A stretch of DNA of 64,000 bases from a virus (IMGVR_UViG_3300035034_001740:12476-76475), one strand, 5' to 3'; shown: positions 8,840 to 17,213, counted from the stretch's first letter. Notes: generated from the letters alone by a model not told the origin. A program made the numbers and translations.

Positions 8840-9877
8840 ATGTCTGAATCAGTAGCAGAAAAAAAGAGAGTGGGTGGGAAACAAAAAAAGATTTCCTATT
8901 CGCAGTTTCAAACCTATTTAAAATGTCCTCAAGCATGGAAATATGGGTATATCGACAATATGAGAACATTCGAACAAAATGTTCATTGTGCTTTTGGAAC
9001 CGCTGTTCATGAAGCTATCCAAACCTTCTTATCAGAGTTATATTACAAAGTTGATGGGTCGGATGCTAACGAAACAAAAGGTAGTCGTGCTGCTGATTCG
9101 GTAGACGTTAAGAAAATTTTCGATGATGTATTTGAGAAGGAACTCAAAAACGAATCGAGACGTTCTTGTAAGGATGAAAAAGGTGATTACATTTTAGATG
9201 ATGGAGGACAGAAGACCTATGAAACTGTGAGTGCACCCGTTGTGATTGAAGATTCTGAGAAAGAGAAATTCAGACAACACGGATATCAAATCTTGGATGC
9301 TGCTACAGGTTTAGATTCGAGACGTAAATATTTCCCACCTAAGAAGTATAAATTGTTTGGTATTGAAACTGTTATTGATATGCCAGTGTTGAACAATCTA
9401 AAATTTGTTGGGTATCTTGACATTGTGTTACAAGATGCTAATACAGGCAAATTCAAAATTATCGATTTGAAAACTTCAACTCGTATGTGGAATACGTATC
9501 AACAGAATGATGTGTTCAAGATTTATCAGTTGCTTTTGTATAAGGCGTTTTTTGCACAACAGTTCGGTGTTCCTCTAACAAAGATTGACGTTGAGTTTAT
9601 TGTGTTGAAAAGAACACTGATGGAGAACGTATCGTTTCCCGAAAGCAGACTCCAACGAATCAATCCACCTGCATCCAAAAACTTTGTTAACGAATCGGTC
9701 GCTGATTTGGTTCGTTTCGTAAAACACGGATTTACAGAAGACGGCGAATACAATTTAGAAGGTGAATTCAAAAAGAATCCACACAAAGGAAAGACACGAT
9801 ATAGTAATTGTAAGTATTGTGAATACTCCGTAAAGAATGACGGCCCATGTGACCGCAAAGAAGGAACATGCAATTAA
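8840..9877 (+). CDS. PD-(D/E)XK nuclease, Cas4/RecB-like, with C-terminal Cys cluster
   Basis: YSQFQTYLKCPQAWKY N-motif, LDIV...IIDLKTS (D...D/ExK) and CKYCEYSVKNDGPCDRKEGTC at the C-terminus. Confidence 0.6.
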   Translation: MSESVAEKKRVGGKQKKISYSQFQTYLKCPQAWKYGYIDNMRTFEQNVHCAFGTAVHEAIQTFLSELYYKVDGSDANETKGSRAADSVDVKKIFDDVFEKELKNESRRSCKDEKGDYILDDGGQKTYETVSAPVVIEDSEKEKFRQHGYQILDAATGLDSRRKYFPPKKYKLFGIETVIDMPVLNNLKFVGYLDIVLQDANTGKFKIIDLKTSTRMWNTYQQNDVFKIYQLLLYKAFFAQQFGVPLTKIDVEFIVLKRTLMENVSFPESRLQRINPPASKNFVNESVADLVRFVKHGFTEDGEYNLEGEFKKNPHKGKTRYSNCKYCEYSVKNDGPCDRKEGTCN

Positions 9878-9905
9878 TTTTTAAACAAAAAAAAGAAAAA
9901 ATAAT

Positions 9906-10298
9906 ATGAGTGAATACACATTAGACACAGAAGAAAAGGAAATTGAACCTATTGACGTTTCTACAACACCAGACTTTTCCGATAAGGAAAAGGAACTGTT
10001 ACAGAAGATTGAAGTTCTAACGAACGAATTGGCAGACGAAGGGGTAACCTGTTTCGTTGCTAGTAAGTTCAAAAGCCAAGAGAATCCGTCAGCTGCCTGG
10101 CATTTTGGTACTGATCCAAATGTTGCTTTGTCAGCATTTGCTAAAGACTATGCTCCGTTGTTTCTACACATCACATCTAAGTTCACAGGAACTAAGATTG
10201 TTGCTAGTAACGTAGATAATGGAAGTACTGTATACGAAGTTGACCCACGAGTTAACCAAGATTCACAGTCGGAAACACAGGCACAACCAGAAGCTTAG
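9906..10298 (+). CDS. Hypothetical acidic protein
   Basis: ORF only. Confidence 0.4.
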   Translation: MSEYTLDTEEKEIEPIDVSTTPDFSDKEKELLQKIEVLTNELADEGVTCFVASKFKSQENPSAAWHFGTDPNVALSAFAKDYAPLFLHITSKFTGTKIVASNVDNGSTVYEVDPRVNQDSQSETQAQPEA

Positions 10299-10331
10299 TA
10301 AATACCACTGTTTCTTTATTATTCGAAAAAA

Positions 10332-10362
10332 CATCCGGAGGGTGTATTAACCCCTCCGGATG
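10332..10362 (+). terminator. Strong stem-loop (11-bp stem catccggaggg/ccctccggatg), possible terminator or RNA element
   Basis: Perfect GC-rich inverted repeat right after the 9906 gene; weak U-tract. Confidence 0.4.
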
Positions 10363-10494
10363 TACCGGAGTTATTATACGAAGAATGTAACTCACTATAC
10401 TCATATGATGAGTGGTCGCTCGTTCGGATTTTGAAACATGAGATTTATGAGAATTGAAATACAATCCTCAACCTCTGTCGAACACTGAAATGTC

Positions 10495-11412
10495 ATGGCT
10501 GATAAAAACAATGATACGAAGTCTGATAAGAAATCTGTAAAAGATATTCAGAGTGAACTATTATATTATGATGATGTAGCATTAATTGCTGATTATTATG
10601 ACGGAGATTCAAGAAGCGAATTGGATACCTCCGTAACCTTTGGTTCTCACACGTTTAAGGTTCCTATCACTCCTGCTAATATGAAATGTAGTATTGATTT
10701 CGACTTAGCGGAACAACTGAGTAACTCTGGATATTTTTATGTACTTCATAGATTTTATGATTACGAAAGTATCAAGAATTGGATTCGGAAGAGCCAAGAT
10801 GGATTGGAAATCATATCGATTTCCTTGGGTGTACAACAGAAAGACTATGACTTCATAGACTGGTTAACGGAAATGGGTTCCCCGTTGGTAGATTATATTA
10901 CAATCGATGTTGCCCACGGTCATAGTAAGCCTGTAAAAGACATATTGAGTCATATCACTACTAAGTTCGGTGACAATGAAATAAAACCTTTTATTATTGC
11001 TGGAAATGTAATGACACGGAAGGCCGTTGAAGACCTAAACGATTGGGGTGCTGATGCTGTTAAGGTTGGTATTGGTCAAGGGAGAGTTTGTTTTCTCGGA
11101 GATACTATGGTAAATACGGTAGACGGTAGTTTGAAAATAAAAGATGTTAGAGTTGGTGACAGGGTAATAACACACACAGGAGATTATAAGGTCGTATTGG
11201 ATACAATAGAAAAGTATTCCAATGATATGATTAGTGTGAACGGAAATGTATGTACAAAGAATCACAAGTTTTATGTGATCTACAAATCCGATATTGACTC
11301 TGTAACTGATGAAAACATTCACGATTTCGCTTTTTGGTTGGAAGCCCATAAGATAACAGATGAGCATCTTTTGATAACAGTAGACCAACACCCACTCCAA
11401 AATACTCCGTGA
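10495..11412 (+). CDS. guaC-like: IMPDH/GMP reductase family protein, N-terminal fragment (N-extein 10495-11088) fused to a split-intein N-half (11089-11409)
   Basis: N-extein has ITPANM, TIDVAHGHS and IIAGNV...GADAVKVGIGQGRV, aligning with GuaC up to the catalytic Cys; then intein block A CFLGDTMVNTVDG and block B CTKNHKF; stop after ~107 intein residues. Confidence 0.8.
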   Translation: MADKNNDTKSDKKSVKDIQSELLYYDDVALIADYYDGDSRSELDTSVTFGSHTFKVPITPANMKCSIDFDLAEQLSNSGYFYVLHRFYDYESIKNWIRKSQDGLEIISISLGVQQKDYDFIDWLTEMGSPLVDYITIDVAHGHSKPVKDILSHITTKFGDNEIKPFIIAGNVMTRKAVEDLNDWGADAVKVGIGQGRVCFLGDTMVNTVDGSLKIKDVRVGDRVITHTGDYKVVLDTIEKYSNDMISVNGNVCTKNHKFYVIYKSDIDSVTDENIHDFAFWLEAHKITDEHLLITVDQHPLQNTP

Positions 11413-11643
11413 TTCTCAGTTATAATCAATATGACTTCGGATTCTGAGGTGAAAGAATTTTATACTGGGAGTGTGATATACGAACAGTAAATTTTAAAGT
11501 ACTAGATGAAATAGAAAATGAAATACAAATTTATAGAACCGGAAATAAGTAAAGTTGAATATGAGTTTGATATTCCTGTATACGATCTAGAGATTGAGAG
11601 TGACCATTCATACTGTGTCGGTGAAAATATCATAGCACATAAC
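11089..11643 (+). mobile_element. Split mini-intein in the IMPDH/GMPR gene (IntN 11089-11412, 105-nt gap, IntC 11518-11643)
   Basis: Blocks A and B in IntN; IntC MKYKFIEPEISKVEYEFDIPVYDLEIESDHSYCVGENIIAHN ends in HN followed by +1 Cys (CSTKLKTG matches the GuaC catalytic loop). Confidence 0.8.
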
Positions 11644-12360
11644 TGCAGCACTAAACTCAAAACAGGTTTCACGTGTCCAATGTTTTCTTGTGTTAAACGG
11701 TGTTCTACTCCGATCCATGACGATTTGGAATCCGTTCGGAGTGAGATTCAGACTACAATCTATAATGAAATTAAGCGTGAGTTACACAATCGCCATCCGT
11801 ATATGCCAGTGCGGATATCGGTTGATACCGTATACTCCACCTTACACTATATTAACAATTTGTTGGTTCCTGTGTCGGGTGAGCCAGACAAAATCGACCC
11901 CGACACCATAAAAACGGCAATACAGGTTGAACTACAACGGAGAGTCGATGAAATTACATCAAATAGAATTCCAATCATCGCTGACGGTGGAATGTCTGAG
12001 AACGGAGACATTGTTAAAGCTATTCGTGCTGGAGCAAGTATGACAATGGCTGGAGGTATGTTTGCTGCTTGTGAAGACTCTCCTGCTGAGAATGTGTATG
12101 AGAGCCGTGAAACTACCGAAGGTGTGGATGTGGATATACCACATAAAATAATTAAAAAAAGGTATTATGGTTCTGCCAGCGAAGAGAATAAGGGGCATAA
12201 GAAAAATGTGGAAGGTTTCTTAACAGAACTCAATTGTAACGGATTTACGTATTTAGAAAAACTCGAAGAAATCCAAGGCGATTTACAAAGCGCTATAAGT
12301 TACGCAGGCGGCTCTGGGTTGGATAATCTCAGAGAAGTTGATTACTATATTCTCCGTTAG
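11518..12360 (+). CDS. guaC-like: Split-intein C-half (42 aa) fused to the IMPDH/GMP reductase C-terminal fragment (C-extein 11644-12360)
   Basis: IntC blocks F and G (VYDLEIESDHSYCVGENIIAHN), then CSTKLKTGF...ADGGMSENGDIVKAIRAGASMTMAGGMFA, aligning with the GuaC C-half. Confidence 0.8.
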   Translation: MKYKFIEPEISKVEYEFDIPVYDLEIESDHSYCVGENIIAHNCSTKLKTGFTCPMFSCVKRCSTPIHDDLESVRSEIQTTIYNEIKRELHNRHPYMPVRISVDTVYSTLHYINNLLVPVSGEPDKIDPDTIKTAIQVELQRRVDEITSNRIPIIADGGMSENGDIVKAIRAGASMTMAGGMFAACEDSPAENVYESRETTEGVDVDIPHKIIKKRYYGSASEENKGHKKNVEGFLTELNCNGFTYLEKLEEIQGDLQSAISYAGGSGLDNLREVDYYILR

Positions 12361-12486
12361 ATTTAACATATAAGTATGGCAGAATATTGTTTTTTTGGAG
12401 TGTAAAAACAAATAAAAAATAAAGGTTGTTTATTGGATATATCCTTCATATATACAATATTTAAACTTACCTTTAATTATAAATTG

Positions 12487-12504
12487 ACACACGGACGTTA
12501 GTGT
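12487..12504 (+). promoter_or_regulatory. ACAC-N8-GTGT palindrome (NrdR-box-like) overlapping a TTGACA -35 element upstream of nrdJ
   Basis: ACACACGGACGTTAGTGT has the ACAC...GTGT ends of the 16-bp NrdR box; TTGACA at 12484-12489. Confidence 0.3.
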
Positions 12505-12541
12505 GTTTTTGTTATCTAACATTAGAAAAAAAAAAGAAATT

Positions 12542-13174
12542 ATGTCAATCAAAGCCTTACAAGAATATACAATTTACGCTAAATACGCAAAATACAACGT
12601 TGAAGAGAAACGAAGAGAAACATGGGATGAACAGATAGACAGAGTGTTCGACATGCATGAACGAAGATTTACAGACGAATTGGAAACGATACCAGAATTT
12701 AGAAAAAATTTTGATTTCGCAAAGCAACAAGTATTAAAACGAAGGGTATTAGGATCACAAAGAGCACTACAGTTTGGTGGTCCGTCAATTGAGAAACACG
12801 AGGCTAAAATGTTTAACTGTATCGTGTCATACTGTGACCGTGAACGTTTTTTCCAAGAGTGTATGTATCTTTTGTTGTGTTTTCACCCAGACACTGAGGT
12901 TAAAGTCCGAGGTGGAGTGAAAAAAATAAGCGAACTTACATGCAATGATGAAATACTAGCACATGTGGAAGATTCGGGTGAGTTTGTATGGGTTAAACCC
13001 AGTAATGTATTCGAAACCCCCTCAAAAGGAAAACGAAAATTAAAGATAACGTTCGAAGACGATACAGAGGTAAAATGTACCGAAGACCATCAGTTTTTTA
13101 CTACGAATCGTGGTTGGGTAGAAGCTAAAGATTTATCAGATGAGGATGATGTAAAGTTTTTTGATAATAAGTAG
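12542..13174 (+). CDS. nrdJ: Class II (B12-dependent) ribonucleotide reductase fragment 1 (extein 12542-12877) + split-intein N-half 1 (12878-13171)
   Basis: YAKYAKY...RRETWDEQIDRVF is NrdJ-like; intein block A CFHPDTEVKVRGG, block B KCTEDHQFFT; start taken at the second Met, downstream of the promoter (the ORF begins at 12503). Confidence 0.8.
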   Translation: MSIKALQEYTIYAKYAKYNVEEKRRETWDEQIDRVFDMHERRFTDELETIPEFRKNFDFAKQQVLKRRVLGSQRALQFGGPSIEKHEAKMFNCIVSYCDRERFFQECMYLLLCFHPDTEVKVRGGVKKISELTCNDEILAHVEDSGEFVWVKPSNVFETPSKGKRKLKITFEDDTEVKCTEDHQFFTTNRGWVEAKDLSDEDDVKFFDNK

Positions 13175-13441
13175 TTGTTTGTCGTCGATGATACATTACA
13201 TCACGTAGACTTTTACATACTTGAAATTGATACTGTTGTAGATTTGACTACTGACACATGAATCCACTAAAATATAATAAGAATGGATATCGACAACGGA
13301 ATTTAAACAATTATTGCAAGAGAAAAAATATTTATGAGAATTAAGAAAAAAGAATATATTGAAGATGACATTAACTACTGGGATATAACAGTACCGGAAC
13401 ATCACAACTTCGTATTGGCTAATGGGGCAGTGGTTCATAAC
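12878..13441 (+). mobile_element. nrdJ split mini-intein 1 (IntN 12878-13174, gap, IntC 13334-13441)
   Basis: IntC MRIKKKEYIEDDINYWDITVPEHHNFVLANGAVVHN (blocks F/G) then +1 Cys of CGCGTGFS (the RNR GGGxGFS motif region). Confidence 0.8.
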
Positions 13442-14494
13442 TGCGGATGTGGAACAGGCTTCTCCGTTCAAAAGTGTCATGTGTCGAAATTGCCTAAGAT
13501 AACACCACGAACAAAAGGAAAAAAGAAATTTGTTATTCCAGATAACATTGAAGGTTGGGCTGATGCTATCGGTTTGGCAATCAACTCATTCTTTGACGGT
13601 TCATCTGTGTTTCCGGAGAGTAATGGGTATGAAATGGAATTTGATTATTCCAAAATACGACTTGAGGGTTCATTAATATCAGGAGGATTTAAAGCGCCTG
13701 GTCCAGAAGGGCTGAAGGCATCTATCTCCAATATTGTTAATCTTATCGAACGTCGATTGAATTCTCCTGATTTTCATACCGACGGATTTGCTGGTCAGTT
13801 GCGGCCTATTGATGCTTATGACGTTGTGATGCACATGTCGGATGCTGTATTGAGTGGTGGGGTTCGTCGTAGTGCTACTATTTGTTTGTTCTCTCCGGAG
13901 GATACTGAGATGTTAAACGCTAAAACAGGCAATTGGCTTGAAACGAATCCTCAACGTGGTCGTTCGAACAACTCTGTGTTATTGATTCGTGACAAAACAA
14001 CCAAAGAAGCCTTTGAGAAAGTCATGGAGTCTGTCAAAGAATTTGGTGAGCCAGGTTTCGTATGGGCAGAAGACGAAGGTATCCTATATAACCCTTGTTT
14101 AGTGGGTGACACATTGGTAGAGACGGATTGTGGATTAGTCTCAATTCGTGAAATCGTAGAAGACCCATCCAAGTATAAGGTGTTATCATATAACGATTCC
14201 GGTGACTTGGTGTATGAGACTGTAAAGGCCGGCGTTAAAACCCGTGAAAATGCTAACGTTATTAAACTGGAGTTTGATGATGACACTGTGTTAGAATTGA
14301 CATCTGACCACCGAGTGTATACTAACAATCGAGGGTATGTGAATGCCTCTAATTTGACCACTGATGATGAGGTTGTTTCCGTTGATTTTGATAGTGAGTC
14401 GTATTCATCGACGGTTGAGGTAACTGAAGAAGTGTATGTCGATCAATCTAAATGGACTACTCGGGTAATTGAAAATATGAAACCGAGCTGTTAG
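13334..14494 (+). CDS. nrdJ: Intein-1 C-half + NrdJ fragment 2 (extein 13442-14095) + split-intein N-half 2 (14096-14491)
   Basis: IntC blocks F/G; the extein ends ...EDEGILYNP; IntN2 block A CLVGDTLVETDCG, block B LTSDHRVYT. Confidence 0.85.
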   Translation: MRIKKKEYIEDDINYWDITVPEHHNFVLANGAVVHNCGCGTGFSVQKCHVSKLPKITPRTKGKKKFVIPDNIEGWADAIGLAINSFFDGSSVFPESNGYEMEFDYSKIRLEGSLISGGFKAPGPEGLKASISNIVNLIERRLNSPDFHTDGFAGQLRPIDAYDVVMHMSDAVLSGGVRRSATICLFSPEDTEMLNAKTGNWLETNPQRGRSNNSVLLIRDKTTKEAFEKVMESVKEFGEPGFVWAEDEGILYNPCLVGDTLVETDCGLVSIREIVEDPSKYKVLSYNDSGDLVYETVKAGVKTRENANVIKLEFDDDTVLELTSDHRVYTNNRGYVNASNLTTDDEVVSVDFDSESYSSTVEVTEEVYVDQSKWTTRVIENMKPSC

Positions 14495-14701
14495 AAACTG
14501 AATATGGTCTGAGTGCTGTGATTGTGGATGACATCACAACTTATTGTGGGGCCAACTATGAAAACGAACTTAAAAAAAATGGAAATTAATAAAAAAATTA
14601 AAAAAATAAAACGAATCTCAATTATATCAAATCAAGATGTATACGATATAACGGTAAACAATACCCATAACTTTTTTGCCAATGGGACTTTAGTTCATAA
14701 C
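14096..14701 (+). mobile_element. nrdJ split mini-intein 2 (IntN 14096-14494, gap, IntC ending 14701); inserted at the NPC(V)E radical-Cys motif
   Basis: IntC ...ISIISNQDVYDITVNNTHNFFANGTLVHN then +1 Cys; the spliced product reads ILYNP-CVEIGF, i.e. the N-P-C-x-E thiyl-radical motif. Confidence 0.8.
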
Positions 14702-15490
14702 TGTGTTGAGATTGGATTTTATCCGTCATTGGATATTAACATGTTATCCGATGCGAAGTTGGCTAAGTTCAAACAGAGCCCGGAATACAAAGACGGAAAG
14801 AATTTGTATAACGGTTGGCAAGCATGTAATCTCTGTGAGATAAACATGAAGAAGGTTAAAACTGCTGAAGACTTTAGACAAGTATGTCGTGCTGGTGCTT
14901 TCATAGGAACGCTTCAAGCTGATTATACTAAATTCAAATATTTAGGATTAACCTCCCAGTATCTTGTCGAACAAGAAGCGTTGATTGGTGTATCAATGAC
15001 AGGTATGATGGATTCTCCTGAAATTGCATTTGATCCAAAGGTTCAACGTGACGGAGCAAAACAGGTTCTTGATATGAATGCTATTACAGCAAAACATATT
15101 GGAATCAACGTTGCCGCTCGTGGAACCTGTGTAAAGCCGGCGGGGTGCCTTGATACAAATCAAGAAATTAAAACGGTTGATGGTAATAAAACTATATTAT
15201 CCATTTTCGAAGACCAAGGGTTTACATTGAAAGAGCTACAGTCCATGGATGGTGAGTGGCTCGACTTAAAAAGTCCCGTTCAGATTTACAATGAGAATAA
15301 TGAATTAGAAAATATATCTAAATTATATGTCAATGGCAACATAGAGGTATATGAGATTCCTATGGAAGATGGCAGTGTAATCAAATGCACACCATGGCAC
15401 AAATTTAAATTGGTGAATGGCGATTGGAAGCGTGCTGATGAACTAGATGAAGGTGACGATATTTTAAATTTTGATATTGTGGGGAACTGA
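14558..15490 (+). CDS. nrdJ: Intein-2 C-half + NrdJ fragment 3 (extein 14702-15145) + split-intein N-half 3 (15146-15487)
   Basis: Extein contains ACNLCEI and ends ...ARGTCVKPAG; IntN3 block A CLDTNQEIKTVDG, block B KCTPWHKF; start ambiguous among 14522, 14558 and 14579 (the 14579 Met gives a 40-aa IntC). Confidence 0.8.
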   Translation: MKTNLKKMEINKKIKKIKRISIISNQDVYDITVNNTHNFFANGTLVHNCVEIGFYPSLDINMLSDAKLAKFKQSPEYKDGKNLYNGWQACNLCEINMKKVKTAEDFRQVCRAGAFIGTLQADYTKFKYLGLTSQYLVEQEALIGVSMTGMMDSPEIAFDPKVQRDGAKQVLDMNAITAKHIGINVAARGTCVKPAGCLDTNQEIKTVDGNKTILSIFEDQGFTLKELQSMDGEWLDLKSPVQIYNENNELENISKLYVNGNIEVYEIPMEDGSVIKCTPWHKFKLVNGDWKRADELDEGDDILNFDIVGN

Positions 15491-15643
15491 TATAAAAGAA
15501 ACAGTATTTAGAAAATTATTAGAAGGAAAAATATGAAAGTAATAAAAACACCAAAAAAATCTGATGGGAAGGTTTTAACTTTAGATTTAGAAACAGAAAA
15601 CACACATACATATCAGCTAGCCAATGGGTGTGTAAGTCATAAT
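15146..15643 (+). mobile_element. nrdJ split mini-intein 3 (IntN 15146-15490, 42-nt gap, IntC 15533-15643); +1 residue Thr
   Basis: IntC MKVIKTPKKSDGKVLTLDLETENTHTYQLANGCVSHN; the spliced product reads VKPAG-TTSCVLGSSSGIHP, matching the RNR PTG(T/S)IS...SSGIEP motif. Confidence 0.75.
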
Positions 15644-16630
15644 ACAACTTCATGTGTATTGGGTTCTTCAAGTGGAATACACCCTCATCACGCCCGTAGA
15701 TACATGAGAAGAGTTCAAGCCAACAAGTTGGAATTTCCTGTTCAAGAGTTTATGAGACAGAATCCTTCGGCGGTAGCTGAATCTGTATGGAGCACAAATG
15801 GAACTGATATGGTTATCTCTTTCTTGTGTGAGGTTCCTGTTGGTTCTGTTATCAAAAATCAACTTGGGGCGATTGACTTGTTGGACAAGGTAAAGTTAAC
15901 TCAACAAAATTGGGTAGAGGCTGGAACACGTATTGAGAAATGTACAAAGTCTTACACAAGACACAATGTATCAAATACTATCACAGTTCAATTAGATGAA
16001 TGGGATGATTTAACAGATTATATTTACAAGAACCGTAAGTGGTTCGCTGGTATTTCATTGTTGCCTGCTAGTGGTGATAAAGACTATCCACAGGCTCCAT
16101 TTACAACTGTGTTTACACCGTCTGAAATTGTTAAAGAGTATGGCGACGCTTCTGCTTTCGCTAGTGGTTTGATTGTCGCTGGCCTTCTTGCTTTCGATGA
16201 TAACCTTTGGAAAGCGTGTGATACTGTTTTGGGTATTGGCGAAGATATTGCTGATAATCTTGATGTTCCTGCATATCCAGTCCGTCCTGTTAAAAATGGT
16301 TATACACCATCACAATACAATAAGAAGTTGATAAAATTCTCACAGCAGTTAGAACAGTATCATAAAGATCAAGATACTTACGATACATGGTTCGATAAAA
16401 AGGATTGGATACGAAGAGCTGTTCAGTTCGCCGAAAGATATTTTAATGGTGATTTCAAAAGAATGACATATTGTTTGAAAGATGTTAACAACTGGAAAAC
16501 TTGGTGTGACCTTAAACGAGAATATACAGAAATCGATTGGTCAACTGTTCTCGAAGAGTCTGAATTCTATCAGAATGTAGATGAAACTGCGGGCGCGGCC
16601 TGTAGTGGTGGAAAATGTGATATTTTTTGA
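15533..16630 (+). CDS. nrdJ: Intein-3 C-half + NrdJ fragment 4 (extein 15644-16630, C-terminal ~329 aa)
   Basis: IntC blocks F/G, then TTSCVLGSSSGIHPHH...; good SD (aaggaaaaat) before the ATG. Confidence 0.85.
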   Translation: MKVIKTPKKSDGKVLTLDLETENTHTYQLANGCVSHNTTSCVLGSSSGIHPHHARRYMRRVQANKLEFPVQEFMRQNPSAVAESVWSTNGTDMVISFLCEVPVGSVIKNQLGAIDLLDKVKLTQQNWVEAGTRIEKCTKSYTRHNVSNTITVQLDEWDDLTDYIYKNRKWFAGISLLPASGDKDYPQAPFTTVFTPSEIVKEYGDASAFASGLIVAGLLAFDDNLWKACDTVLGIGEDIADNLDVPAYPVRPVKNGYTPSQYNKKLIKFSQQLEQYHKDQDTYDTWFDKKDWIRRAVQFAERYFNGDFKRMTYCLKDVNNWKTWCDLKREYTEIDWSTVLEESEFYQNVDETAGAACSGGKCDIF

Positions 16631-16648
16631 TAAGTTGAACTATATAAA

Positions 16649-17197
16649 ATGAAATATAAGAACATGGCAACTGGCCGAGGCGACAGTGGATATACAGATA
16701 TGTCTATGGGTGGACGTATGGCTAAAGACGACCCCCGATGTGAAGCTGTAGGTAGACTTGATTCGTTTCATGCTTCTCTTGGAATGTCACATCATTTTTT
16801 ATCATCCTCCGATAAGGTTGATATCAAAAAAATTCAACATACGTTGTTTAAGTTGATGGGCGAAATTCCATGTGCCGAAGATAACAAAGTTAAGTATTTT
16901 GATAAATATGGAGGCGTAACTCAAAATGATGTTGACACGTTGGAAGAATACCGATTGAATATTGCAATGGAGTTGGATAAAAAGTATGGTGGTCAGTCAG
17001 ACTGGACATTATATGGTGAAGATGGTTTTAACTCATCTATATTAACTAAAGCATCTACAGATTTAAGAGCTGCTGAGAGAAGTATAGTTGAGTTAAGGAA
17101 CCTTGGATATGTTATTCGTGACGAAATCTTAGCGTTTATAAATCGTTTAGACAAAACGTTGTATGCTCTATCAAAGAAATACAAAGAAGAATCTTAA
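16649..17197 (+). CDS. ATP:cob(I)alamin adenosyltransferase, PduO/MMAB type
   Basis: ATGRGDSGYTDMSMGGRMAKDDPRCEAVGRLD matches the PduO N-terminal TKTGDKGxT...G.R motif; directly downstream of the B12-dependent RNR. Confidence 0.75.
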   Translation: MKYKNMATGRGDSGYTDMSMGGRMAKDDPRCEAVGRLDSFHASLGMSHHFLSSSDKVDIKKIQHTLFKLMGEIPCAEDNKVKYFDKYGGVTQNDVDTLEEYRLNIAMELDKKYGGQSDWTLYGEDGFNSSILTKASTDLRAAERSIVELRNLGYVIRDEILAFINRLDKTLYALSKKYKEES

Positions 17198-17213
17198 AAA
17201 AAGTTGTTATAAT

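Noticed and set aside
11430-11489. 19-codon ORF (MTSDSEVKEFYTGSVIYEQ) in the gap between the GMPR intein halves
   Set aside because: It is too short for a homing endonuclease and has no RBS. It probably occurs by chance.
13951-14361. 136-aa minus-strand ORF inside nrdJ fragment 2
   Set aside because: It is antisense to the NrdJ extein/intein coding sequence and is a compositional artefact.
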